Assembly (NCBI GenBank): GCA_973895155.1
Contig: OZ316892.1
Coordinates: 14,996,861-15,060,860 of the forward strand
Direction: 5' to 3'
Source of the DNA: Marsupella aquatica
Lineage: Eukaryota; Plantae; Marchantiophyta
Length of the DNA stretch: 64,000 nucleotides
The position numbers were made by a program, and so were the translations under genes. The notes under the pieces were generated by a model. That model saw only the letters and a program-made list of their open reading frames with translations. It did not search any database and was not told where the DNA came from. Of this stretch, positions 31,635-43,200 are shown piece by piece (within the stretch, counting starts at the first letter, position 1; each line of letters begins with the position of its first letter).

Positions 31635-34522
31635 TTTCAAGCCAGCACGAACATGTGCCAAGCTTGGATCTATTGTACCATCAATGTTGGGAAGGTGACA
31701 TGGTACACAGTTGCACACATGATCCTTCCAAACCATACCATCGCGTCCCTCCAACATCAGGACACCAGAAGGCAACACTTCACGCACACGTAAGATTGTC
31801 CGGCCTGCGGTCACATCAAGTGTTGTGGGTGCTGTCTGCTGCAAATAAACATAATCACCAGGATGAAATCATCGAATGCTTGCACGGTAACCTCCTCCAT
31901 GAATAGTGGCATACCTCAAAATATCACGATGTTGGGCAATGGCAAGCTTGTCAAAAGCCATGGGCATCACTCTCTGAAATACCCGTGCTCTCTCTGAACA
32001 CACCTTGACCCAAACATCAGGATCATCCAAGTTCACAACTGGTGCAGCATCACGATGAATAGCTGCTGGCAAATCTGGCTCTCTACCATAGAGCAAAAAG
32101 TAAGATGAGAAGGATGCAAGTGATGCTTGCCGACTGAAATGATAGCCCATAGCTAACCAAGGTAGCTGGAGATCCCAATCTCCCAGATGACCAACCTGCA
32201 AGCCATACTTACGCAATCCTCTCTTCACAGTTTGCACAACTCTCTCAGCTAATCCATCTGTCCTAGGATGATCATGAGAGGTAGTACGATGATCAATCAA
32301 AGCTTGTTCACACAAACTCTCAAACTCTCCACGGAACTCAGTTCCCTGATTAGTCAACACCTCAGCTGGTGCTCCAAAATGACTGAGTCCGCGATCCAAA
32401 AATGTAGCAGCAACTCCTCCACTGGCTTTATCTGGCAACGCCACTAGCTCAATCCACTTGGAGAAGTGCTCCACCATAACCAAAACATACCGATTATGGC
32501 GTTGGATAAGAGGTAATGGACCAGCAAAATCCAAACTCCAACGATATCCCAAACCCATGATTGGTAACGGGTGCAACTGGGGAGTGGGAGCATTAAATGA
32601 TGCTCTCACTCTATCGCATACCACACACTTAGCTATCAACTACTAGACATGAGTGTGCATACCACGCCACCAATACTGTGTCTGCAACAAGCTATAAGTG
32701 CGCTTCACACCAAAGTGTCCCAACTCCTCGTGTGCATGTCGCACCAAATGTACTCGTTGTGATGGTTTTGGTACCACCAACACCCTATCATCATGCAGTA
32801 CTCTCAAAAGATGGTTTCCCTTCCATCGAAACCTCTTGGCTCTTTGTAGAACCCTATCACGTTCTTTGGCATCAACACTGCCAACAATAGAACCACTACG
32901 CAGATATTCCAATACTCTCACATCATTGTAAATATCTTGCTGTCCAAAAGTTACCTCACCAACATCCACATCTGAAGACTCATCATCCACTCCATCCAAT
33001 GAGGTAGAGTCCACAGATCCACTGTATGCTGGCACCCAACAAAGAAAGGCAGATGCATGTCATCCTGGCACCATCTCCTTATCTGACTCATCATGCCATC
33101 TGGCTCCAGTCTCATCCTGCTGACTGGTACATGGATTGCGGCTTAATCCATCTACATCCAAGTTCAATTTTCCAGGCCTATGCACCACCTGGAAATCATA
33201 CTCCTGTAACAACAATGCCCATCGTGCAAGCTTCCCTGTAAGCTTGTCAGACTCCATTAACCACTTAAGAGGCTGATGATCCACTCAAGGTGAAGGGGTT
33301 ACCAAACAAGTAGCAACGAAAGTGTGCAACAGCCCACACTGCTGCCAAACACTCTCCCTCATAAGAGCTATACTTAGCCTCTGCTGAATTGTTTGATCTA
33401 CTGGCATAAGCCACAACAAACTCATTCCCCTTGTCATCATTCTGAGTCAGCACTGCTCCAAGTCCTACTCCACTCCAATCAGTGTGTAGCTGAAATGGGT
33501 CTTCTCAAAATAGGGGATGATGCCAACCTTTGCTTCAACTCCTGAAAGGCATGCTCCTGGTCATCACCCCAAATCCATTCCTGATCCAACTTAGTGAGTA
33601 TGGTCAAAGGTTTAGCAAGCTGGCTAAATCCTTTAACATACCTCCTGTAGTAGCTCGCCAATCCCAAGAATGCACGAACTCTACTCACATCAGTAGGACA
33701 AGGAATTTGTGTAATGGCCTCCACTTTAGTCTGTTGTACACCCAATCCCCCTGGGTATATAGTGTGGCCCAAATACTCAATCTGGTCTTGGAAGAACTTG
33801 CACTTGCTAGGATGGAGCTTCAACCCATGTGCTCTCAATCTCTCCAACACAATCTGCAAGTGCTGCTGATGTTCTTCTACAGTAGAAGAATAGACCAAAA
33901 TATCATCAATATAACATCTGACAAAATCCAAACCTGCAAGGATTCGATCCATGACTCTCTGGAACTCAGCTGGTGCATTCTTCAACCCAAATGGTAAGAA
34001 TAACCACTGATACAAACAATCTTTGCCATAAGAATCAATTCCCCAGAATGTTGTCTTGGACCTGTCAGCATGCCTAATTGGAAGCTGATGGTACCCTGCC
34101 CTCAAATCCAATGAACTGAAAACCTTTGCATGCCCCACAGCATCAAAGATCTCCTCAGGTGTGGGCATGGCATATCTATCAGATTTTGTCTGGCGATTAA
34201 TGGGTCTGTAATCACCACACATGCGCCTATTTGTGTAATTGCCATGCAGATCCTTCTTGGCTGGCATCACTGTGGCAGATGCATACTCCCCATATGAAAT
34301 CTCCACCAATCCAGCCTCCAACAAATCTTGAGTTCTGCTTTGAATCAGAGCTCTCTCCATGTCACTGTAACGGTATGGCCTACGAAAGATTGGCGCATCA
34401 CTAGCCAATTCAATCTGAATACCAGGACCCTTTAATGTCCCCAAATCTTTCATGCTAAATGCAAAACAATTCCAGTAACTCTTCAAAAATCGATGCATGC
34501 GACGTCTCTCCTCCCCTGTCAA
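31635..34522 (-). pseudogene. Gypsy RT, RNase H and integrase, disrupted
   Basis: ORF pieces 33479-34522 (RT), 33265-33453 and 33060-33284 (RNase H, two frameshifts), 32643-33035 (integrase Zn-finger His half), 31869-32639 (core, with TDQG changed to TNQG), 31566-31844 (C-terminal part). Several in-frame stops. Confidence 0.92.
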
Positions 34523-34603
34523 CTTAGGGCCAAGCTATGGTTCCCAACTCTCCACCAAATCCCTAATATCTCTTTGTAGGGTAGAAGAGATAGCCGATGA
34601 TTG

Positions 34604-35890
34604 CTATTTAGCAATAGATTGAGCAGTCCCTTCCTGCTCAACAATCTGTCCAACCTTGGCCAATCCTGCCATAGGTCCATGGACTGTCTGCTCACCCCCA
34701 GCTGTGGTCAGTACTGTCTCAGTGGACCACAAGCTCACCAAGGGACAATCAGTAATTCCAGCAGAGCGCATCCGCAACTGTTCAGCTACTCCCAAGCTGA
34801 TAATCCAAGTCAAACAATTCAGGTCCATTGCTTGACCAAGAACCTGACGCCGTAAACCCTCTGACATAGAGGCAACTGCAGCGGTGCCAGTCAAAAATCC
34901 CATAGCACGCTCTCTCTCATCAGCAGTAGGTTCCACTAACTGCTGGAGAGTTGTGTCCCACACAAGTCCAGGGCCACCTGCTCTGAATGCATATGAAGCA
35001 GAGTGGCTTACAAGAGTGGGTAATGCACAACGTGGGCACCCAACTGCATTGACCATTGCCAATGGAGGTCTATCAGGTTGGGTCACACCCTGTGCACGAT
35101 GCCTTGGATCCAAAATATCATCCACCACTAAGGCTGGTGAGCGTGGAATGCTGTCAAATGCGCGCTTCAGCACCTCACATGGGATCAAATTAGTCCACCA
35201 CAAGCGTGGACAATGTGCACGAGAACCCACACGTGCAGCATCCAATAACATAGCAGGTCCAATCCAAGACCTCACCTGATGAACACTGGCAACAATCCGA
35301 CTACGATCATCACCTAACAATGGCACATTCTCCAAAATGTATGCTGGAGACTGTGTCTGATGTAGCTGGAGATTACGCAGCACCCATAACATCTCCCAAA
35401 ACAATGCAAAGCGTGGATCATGAAGTCCATGCCCAACGCCAGCTCTAGATTGGCCCTGACATGGCCAACCAGCAATCACCAAATCAATGGGGCCAACACG
35501 ATGCAGATGATCTGCCCCCAGCAATGAAATATCAGCAGGTAGTGCATGCTGATAACCACGAACAGCATCCACTGGCAGCAACTGTGGATATCTATCCACC
35601 AACATAGCCACATGTCGCAATGAGACCCTCCGTGCTGTCTCATCTGACTCCACATACAAATAACGACGCACAGGAATTCCTGCCTGAAGAATAGCAGCCA
35701 ATCCAGTGCTAATCCCACCAAAAAGATCCAACAAACAAATACCCTCCGGTGGATACTGCCAAGCAATAGGAGTGGTATCCAATGGTGAAAGAGTCACAGG
35801 TCCATCTACAAGAGGCTGCTCTGCTCCTGACTGTGGTGTAAAAGCATGACGCCATGCATCATGTACCAATCGTGCTGCTGTCTGTGGCAA
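34604..35890 (-). pseudogene. C5 DNA cytosine methyltransferase domain inside the Gypsy polyprotein
   Basis: Motif I LLDLFGGISTG, II YLYVE, III PADI, IV IDLVIAGWPCQGQSRAG, V LHDPRFALFWE, VI YILENV, VIII RAHCPRLWWTN, IX EPTADERERAMGF, X RRQVLGQAMD, in non-permuted order. The core domain spans about 34800-35740 and has no introns. Confidence 0.92.
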
Positions 35891-35905
35891 GGCCTGTGCA
35901 GTGCC

Positions 35906-38404
35906 TCACACTGGTGGCACAACACTGCCAACAGGTAATCCTCGCATGATGTGCTCCTTATGAGACTCCTCCAATGGTGGAACATCTGCTGCATGCGCAT
36001 TACCCTCAATCAAATCATCAGGTCCAGCAATTAGACTAGTGAATGCTGCCAAAGACAATGGTGTGGATTTAGGGCCTCCCACAGGTCCACTAAATCTCAT
36101 TGGCAATTTTCTCAATCGAGCATCTCCTGACTGCCAATCAGGTCTATATGACACTGATTCCTCCCAAAAATCAAGAATAAATCCCATGGGGTAGAGCACT
36201 ATACATCCCACCAACACATCATATGACTCTGCCTTAGTTAGAATAGCTCGCGCCTGTATCTGTGAGCTATCTGTGGTATGACCTTCTTGAATCCTCAAAT
36301 CAAGAGGTCTCTTGGTAATGTGCTATGTAGGTGTAGGTCCCCCTAATGAAGTCTGAATGGGAAAGGGACAATCCTCCAAATCCTCTGGACGCATTCCCAA
36401 TCCACGTATGGCAGATTTTCCCAACATCAAGGGTTGAGCACCAGTATCCAGTAACACCCTCTTTGGCTGGTATACTGCTCCAGAAGGCCCAACTAATCGG
36501 AAGATACCACTCCGATTATCCAATGATACAACACTAGGTTTAAACCTAGTCCTCTCAAATGCAGGGCGTGCTGATAAATCCACCAACCTCGCTGCTGCTG
36601 CATGCCATGTCTCACTAGTAGCAGTAGATGGCATGGTCTTCATTGCATCAACACTGCAAGTTGCTTCTCCATGGGAAGCAACCACTGGAGTGTCCTCACA
36701 GAGTGTAGCTGCCAATCTGAACACTTCTGCAGGACCAACTCCCAAGTTCAGCATGTCTGTCGCTGAAAATAATGGGGCGCGTACCATGGCAATAGCCGCC
36801 CCCAGCAAGGTACCTGTCATCCCTGCTACATCACTACCTGATTCTGCCAACTTACTCACATCAGGATTTGTCCAAACCGGGTTCATAGAGGTAGTCTGAA
36901 CTGTCTCTGACAATGTAAAAGACTGAGGAAGCTTTGTCTGCCGACGTGCATCCCCCCTTTGTGGATCTAACTCCACTACTGCTCCTCGGGGCTCAAGAGC
37001 TTTGGCTGCCCCACGTGTCAAAGCTACCAATGCATCAATATGTGTAGTGCCACACATGAATCCCATGGTGGCAAGGTCTCCATCAGCTCCATAAGATGTG
37101 GAAGGACCATGGGATGTGGAAGGTCCATAGGATGTTGATGCCCCATCACCAGAAGTAGGTCTCACCTGGGAACTAGCCATGGCAGCTAGCTGTTGCTCCA
37201 ATTGAGCAATCTTAGCATCCTTTGGATCTATGGTTACAGCAGGGGCAGCGTCACCTCCTTGTCTCCTTGCATGTGGCATGCCACGACCACGTCCACCGCC
37301 TCTACCTCCTCCTCCTCTTCCCTGATCATGTGTACGGGATCCTCCTCTCCGTAACTCAGGATGGAGTGAGAAACACCTATCCTTGGTGTGTCTAGGAGCT
37401 CCACAGTGATCACACTATCGCTGATCAGGCGCTGATGCTCCCCCTGATCCTCTATGATCTGGGCAATATCTCTGTGCATGATCCCTACCACAGGTCCAAC
37501 ATCTTGATTGCTGTCCAGCATAAGAGGGCACAGGTCTCTGGCTGGTAGACTCTCGTGCAGTAGGCTTCTTCCTCTGGCTCTTCCGTGCAGTAGGCTGTGG
37601 TGTGGATGTGGATGCAACCTTTGGTGCTTCCTTGGCAAATCCAGAAGTCACCACCTTCTCATTCACCATATTGAGCTCAATGCGCTCAGAAAGTGTAAAA
37701 ACAACTGCTAATGTGGGATCTGCATCCCTAAGCAGAGTGACATCTCTCACTCTGCGTCGCAATTCTCTGTCCAGAATTGCATACCAAAATTGGACTGCTT
37801 GAGCCTCTGTCACTCCCTTGGTGACAGTGATCAATCTGCGCATACGAGTGTATGCCTCACGTAGACTCTCTTCAATCTTGCGCTGGAACTCCTGAAGACC
37901 CTTCAACTTATTAGTTCTTACACCCTGATATTTTTGCTTCAGTACCTCAAAGAATTCCACCACAAGATTAAATACTGGCGCAACTCCAGTTTCTGTCACA
38001 ATCACACCGGCAGGAGTAGCGGTGGATGTTGCTGGAGTGCTGCTGGTGGATGGTGTGCCACTCTGGCTAGTGTTGCTAGAAGAAGCAACACCTGTGGTAA
38101 TGGGTTGGGCAGCCGCACTAGTGCCATAGGTGATGGACACGTAATTAGGCGACCAATGTTGCCTCCATGCCTCAATCTCAACCAAATGAGCCTTCCAAAA
38201 CTCATGGTAGTCATCCATGGGTGGCCCCTCCAAATGCTGAAATAATCCCTTCCATGCCATGAAAGGGGTAAACAATGTGGCGTTACGCAATGTCTGCATA
38301 TCTCACCACGTATCAAACTCCTGGATGAAGTCATCCAGATAAATCGTGTCAACTGCATCAGAGTATCGTTGTGGGCCCTTTGTAGCCCCGTACATCTCGT
38401 CCAT
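35906..38404 (-). pseudogene. Gypsy Gag and aspartic protease, disrupted by point stops
   Basis: ORF pieces 38303-38596, 37415-38299, 36323-37279 and 35906-36298 are all in one frame. Two Zn knuckles, an RG-rich linker and the DTG protease motif. First ATG after the LTR is at 38404. Confidence 0.85.
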
Positions 38405-38584
38405 ATCCCACAACAAAGGTGCAACCACCTGATGATGAGGAGAACTGGTCACTGAGTCCTCATCAGAATCACTGTCTGAAGTTGCACTGCTGACTGCTAC
38501 CAATGCCGCTGGCCGAAACTGTGCCCCACTCCGAGTGAAATCGGTCCGTCGTCCATCGGGTAATCCAGCAGCACCAGAAGAATC

Positions 38585-40242
38585 TGTGGTGACCAATCCT
38601 AACCTAATCTATGTGCTAACCCTAAGGGCAATCTATCCCTATCAGCACCACAAGCACTCACCATGGTGTGTTGAGCATCACTCCAACATCACAAGGAGAG
38701 AAATACACAGCACACTAAAATGTCCAGTTGCAAACCCGGATCACTCCTATGGAATCAAGCGCCCACACCGAACCAACATGGCGCATAAACAGGAAACAAG
38801 TGTGGAGAGGATCCAATCAACAAGAATAGTTAAACACTAACTCTCCACACCAAGAGTGATCACACATTGATCAAACAAATATTCATAATGTTCAATGAAA
38901 GGCCTTCATAATAGGCTTCATGATTTCTCAACGTTATAGATGAGAAACCATGCACAATTGGTTCAATCTGTGTATTTAGATGAACTCAGAACTATCAAAA
39001 ACCTCTAAAGAGCCTCTGATTTGGCCCGAAATAAGGTTCTAAGCAAATCGGAAAGTGTATAAAACTCCCTGGCGCTTGAATCTAAACAACAAGTTGTGAA
39101 AACTTGTGTGTACACAAGGTGGGATGAGAACTTGCCAGTTAAGTGCTTGCGGTTGGGAATAGCCCCGGGATGGGTGACCTCCTCGCACTCGATCTCGTGC
39201 CTCCCCTTTGCGCTCACGACCCGGAATAGCCCCGGGATGGGTGACCTCGACCTCGCGCCTGCTTGCGCTTGCGATGGGTGACTTTGCGCTCACGACCCGG
39301 AATAGCCCCGGGATGGGTGACCTCGACCTCGCGCCTGCTTGCGCTCGCGATGGGTGACTTTGCGCTCGCGGTTGGGAGCACTTTCGGGGTGGGTGACCTC
39401 ACGCGTTGCCTTATGCGCGCACAGTTGTGTGTGTACACAAAACATAAGTTGTTGGGCTCAGAAATGGCAACATTTGCCACTTGAAAGCAGTGATTTCCTT
39501 CACAAAAACGGCAAGTCGATGGCTCTTGACCTCTGCAAACCTGTCGCGCATGGTTCTAGGATATTTCACGAGCGTCCCTTGACAATAAAACGCTGCGAGC
39601 ACTCAAAATTCCAACAGATCTGTCCACAAAACAGCAGTGCGATACAAGCAGCAACCTTCGGCCATCTCTTTCCAGATCCAGATCTAGACTCCGACTCAAT
39701 CCAGATCCAGATCCAACAACGTTCAAGCTTGGCTAGAACCAGATCAAATAGCAACAGAGTACTCAAACAATAGAACCAACGATTCAAGAAACATGAATTC
39801 GCGTCAAACACAAATCCAATTGATTCAAGCTACCACGAACCGTCACCGTCAACGACAAACTCAGACTGAGCTTCTGTCCGCACAACAGAGTTTGAAGCTC
39901 ATGATCTTTCAATGTAATCTCCATACAATCGGCACAACAATCCCGGTCAACAATACCCCATCGATCCCGCACCGATCCGATCACACACGTATGTCAAGCC
40001 AACGCACCTTGCACTACTCAAGGAATCCACGTTACACAAGCGGAGCTCACAGCCACCATAGCCACTCAAGCTCCTCTCTCTCCAAGGCTCAACATTGAAA
40101 GATGACCTTTCAATGCCTCACAAGTGAGAAGTACCCTCTCACACAAACCTGACAAAACCTTATCGGCTCATATAACACACATACCAAACATACGGATCTA
40201 GATAGTACGATACACTCTAACACTACCTAGAATGGTGTGACA
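38585..40242 (-). repeat. Gypsy 5' LTR (first ~138 bp missing)
   Basis: Ends ...CACCACA at 38585 on the minus strand, inverted-complementary to the TGTGG start at 31318. Shares 98 bp with the left LTR remnant, is non-coding and contains a CpG-rich tandem array. Boundaries inferred. Confidence 0.6.
39157..39400. repeat. CpG-rich tandem array (~67-76 bp period, 3+ units) inside the Gypsy LTR
   Basis: GAATAGCCCCGGGATGGGTGACCTC recurs at about 39157, 39224 and 39300, with a partial fourth unit. Confidence 0.9.
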
Positions 40243-43200
40243 TCTTCCCCTCAACCCGGTCCGGGATGGGAGATTTCCACTTGTCAATATGGGAGTCCTG
40301 AGAACTCTTCCCCTCCTTTGATGATCTGGACTCATTAAAGGACACATCTCTACTGACAATTAGCCTACAGGTTACTGGATCCCATAACCTATAACCCTTC
40401 ACACCTTTCTGATAGCCAAGGAAAATGCACTTCTTCAACTTGGACTCCAGCTTGGATCGAAGCTGGGAAGGTGTAAGCACATAAGCATCACATCCAAAAA
40501 TCCTCAGATGTGAATAATCTGCTGGACGCCCGTACCTCATTTCAAATGGCATCTTGACTCCAATAGAACTGGATGGAGAAAAATTTATCAAATAAGCTAT
40601 AGTATTGACAGCTTCAGCCCAAAACTCATGTGATAAGCATGATTGACTCAACATACTCCTTGAGCGGTCCAATAGTGTTCGGTTGAGTCTCTCAAAAACA
40701 CCATTCTGTTGAGGAGTATAACTTGTTGTGAGATGGCGGGTAATCCCCTACTTCTTACAATACGTTCCAAATTCCCCGGAATTGTATTCACCGCCGTTAT
40801 CCGATCAAAGATATTTCACCTTGTTACTAGTCTGATTCTCAACTTGAGCTTTCCACTCCTTAAAAGTGGTAAAAATATCAGACTTATTGTGTAGAAAGTA
40901 TATCCACACATACTTTGAGTAATCGTCTATGAACGTGACATAGTATAACCGTCTAGAATGTGAGGGAGTAGGGGCTGGACCCCACACATCACTATGTACA
41001 TACTCAAGTACCTCCTTGCTGGTGTGAGTTCCAATTCCGAAGGGTTTCCTGTGCTGCTTCCCTAGCACACAGTGCTCACAAAATTCCAACTTACAAGATT
41101 GCAAATTAGAAAGTAATCATTTCTTCTGAAGAATAACCAAACCTTTTTCACTCATGTGGCCCAAACGGAAGTGCCACAGCCGGGCCGTCTCCTCATGAGA
41201 TAAGATTACATTGGCTTCATCACAAACTACACTGCCCTCCAAAACGTATAGATTGCTATGTCTCTTTCCCTTCAATACAATTTTAGTATTAGTTAAAACC
41301 TAAAGGACACCATTAGCAGAACTCCACTGATAGCCATTTGCTTCTAAAACTCCAAGTGAAATGAGATTTTTCATCATGCTGGGAATATGTTTCACATTCC
41401 TCAACGTTCTTATAGCACCATCAAACATCTAAAATCTTACAGATCCAAGTCCAACAACTTGACATGGGATTCCATTTCTCATCAACACTGACCCGTTGGA
41501 AACCGTGTAAGAACTGAAAAAATCTCTCCTAGAGCAAATGTGAAAAGTACATGCACTATCTAGAATCCAATCATCACTACCTGGATTTGACACTACGTTG
41601 AGAGCATAACCTTGACATCACAATATGTCATCATCATAGAGTAAATCTACCTCATGCGAGCTCGATGCCGTGTTAGCAGATGCAGTAGGGACCTTTACTC
41701 AATAATCTCTTTTCATGTGGCCAGGCTTGCCACAATTCCAACATGCAAGAGGCTTCCTCTCTTGCGATTTCCCTCTGGATTTAGATCTCCCTAGTGATGT
41801 AGATCTAAACCTGTTCTGTCCATTTGAGCGCTGCGCTGCGCTGCTCTCCCACGGTTCACATTCAGCGTAGTGCCAGAAGAAGATGCTGTCTATGATTGAC
41901 CCAACTTCTTCTGAGCATCATCAAACAGCAAGGAGCTCACCACCTCATTATACGAAATGGACTTCAGATCTCTATACAAGAGCACCTATTTCAAGCCCTG
42001 ATATGACGACGGTAAGGAGCTTAGCAGAAGCAAGGCCTTATCCTCATCTTCAACTCCTTTTCCCAGGTTTGACAAATCCACCGCTAGACTGTTAAACTCA
42101 TCCAGGTGATCCTGCATCTTGCTCCCTTCCTTGAGCCTGAGGCTCATCAAGAGAGACTTCTTGTACAGCCGGTCTGACGCATCTTCCCGGTAGTACTTCT
42201 CTCTAAGGGCCTTGAACAGTGACACGCAATCTGCATAATCATCCAGCTGCTTGATGATGTGCGGCTTGAGATATAGCATCACTGCGTTGACAACAATCAC
42301 TTGCTCTTGTCTCCACTATCTCACAAAAATCTCCTCCTCTCCATCATACTGCTCTTGCGAAGAAAGCAGATGAGCTAAGCCCATGGCCCGAAGGACACCC
42401 TTCACTTGCTTCTCCCACAGCAAGTAATCAGTACGACCATCGTACTTCTCCACCTCAAACTTCACTCCTCCAAATCTAGCCATCTCCCTCTTCTTTCCAA
42501 CTACCGATAGCTCTGGTAGTAACACAACTTCCTCCACTACACGCCGCACCGGTGATCGTACCGGTGATACTAGTTCTTCCTCAAACAGTAGCAGCTCCTC
42601 CTCAGACTCTCCGTCTGACCATCGCGATCCTGAAGCTCCACCGACGCCAATTCTTCGAGTATCCTCCGAGTCACTCATATGAAACAGTCACGAAAACACG
42701 TCTTTTTTCGAAACTTCTCACAAAACTCAAAACTCAACACCGCCGCGTAGCCCACAAAGCTAGGAGTCCAGTACTGAAAGCCAAAATAAAAATAAAAATT
42801 TGACGGAAAAGTTATTCAAATTTCGGTCGGGGTGGGTAAAACCTTGGGAAATTCCCCCGTTTTGGACCACCTCAGAGAATAACCAAAATACCCAGTACAA
42901 CCCATCGTCGGAATTGTGATGTGATCGATGCGCCGCGTTGCTAACTCCAGTGGCAACGTCCTTGCCGAAAAAGAACCAAAAAAGTTACCGTTCTGCGGAC
43001 GGAATCTTTGTTGGACGGCCAAAAAATAGCTCTCTATTTCTTGGGAATATTCCCGCACAATACAACAAGTCTCACAGGGGACCGTTCCCCTTGTCGGAGC
43101 GGTTAAAATGGAGGGCGGCAGGCCCGGCTCCAAGGACAACCAAAGGAGAGGAAAAAAGCTATAAACTGAAACTACAGGTATGACAAAAAGGCGCATCCGC

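Larger units (their letters stand above)
31083..40242 (-). mobile_element. Degenerate Ty3/Gypsy LTR retrotransposon: Gag-PR-DNA cytosine methyltransferase-RT-RNase H-INT-PHD
   Basis: Gag knuckles CWTCGRDHAQRYC and CDHCGAPRHTKDRC; protease VLLDTGAQ...DVLVG; C5-MTase motifs; RT RMCGDYRPIN, LDLRAGYHQ, LPFGLKNAP, YIDD; RNase [28 protein letters not shown]; integrase HHCC, SLDFAGP, AERVVQTVK; C-terminal PHD. The RT-RH-INT order marks it as Gypsy. A ~98-bp direct repeat lies at 31083-31180 and 40145-40242. Confidence 0.95.

Noticed and set aside
34604-35890. Methyltransferase as bacterial contamination or a host DNMT gene
   Set aside because: It is frame-continuous with Gypsy protease and RT, has no introns, lacks host regulatory domains and shows the same decay pattern as the element.
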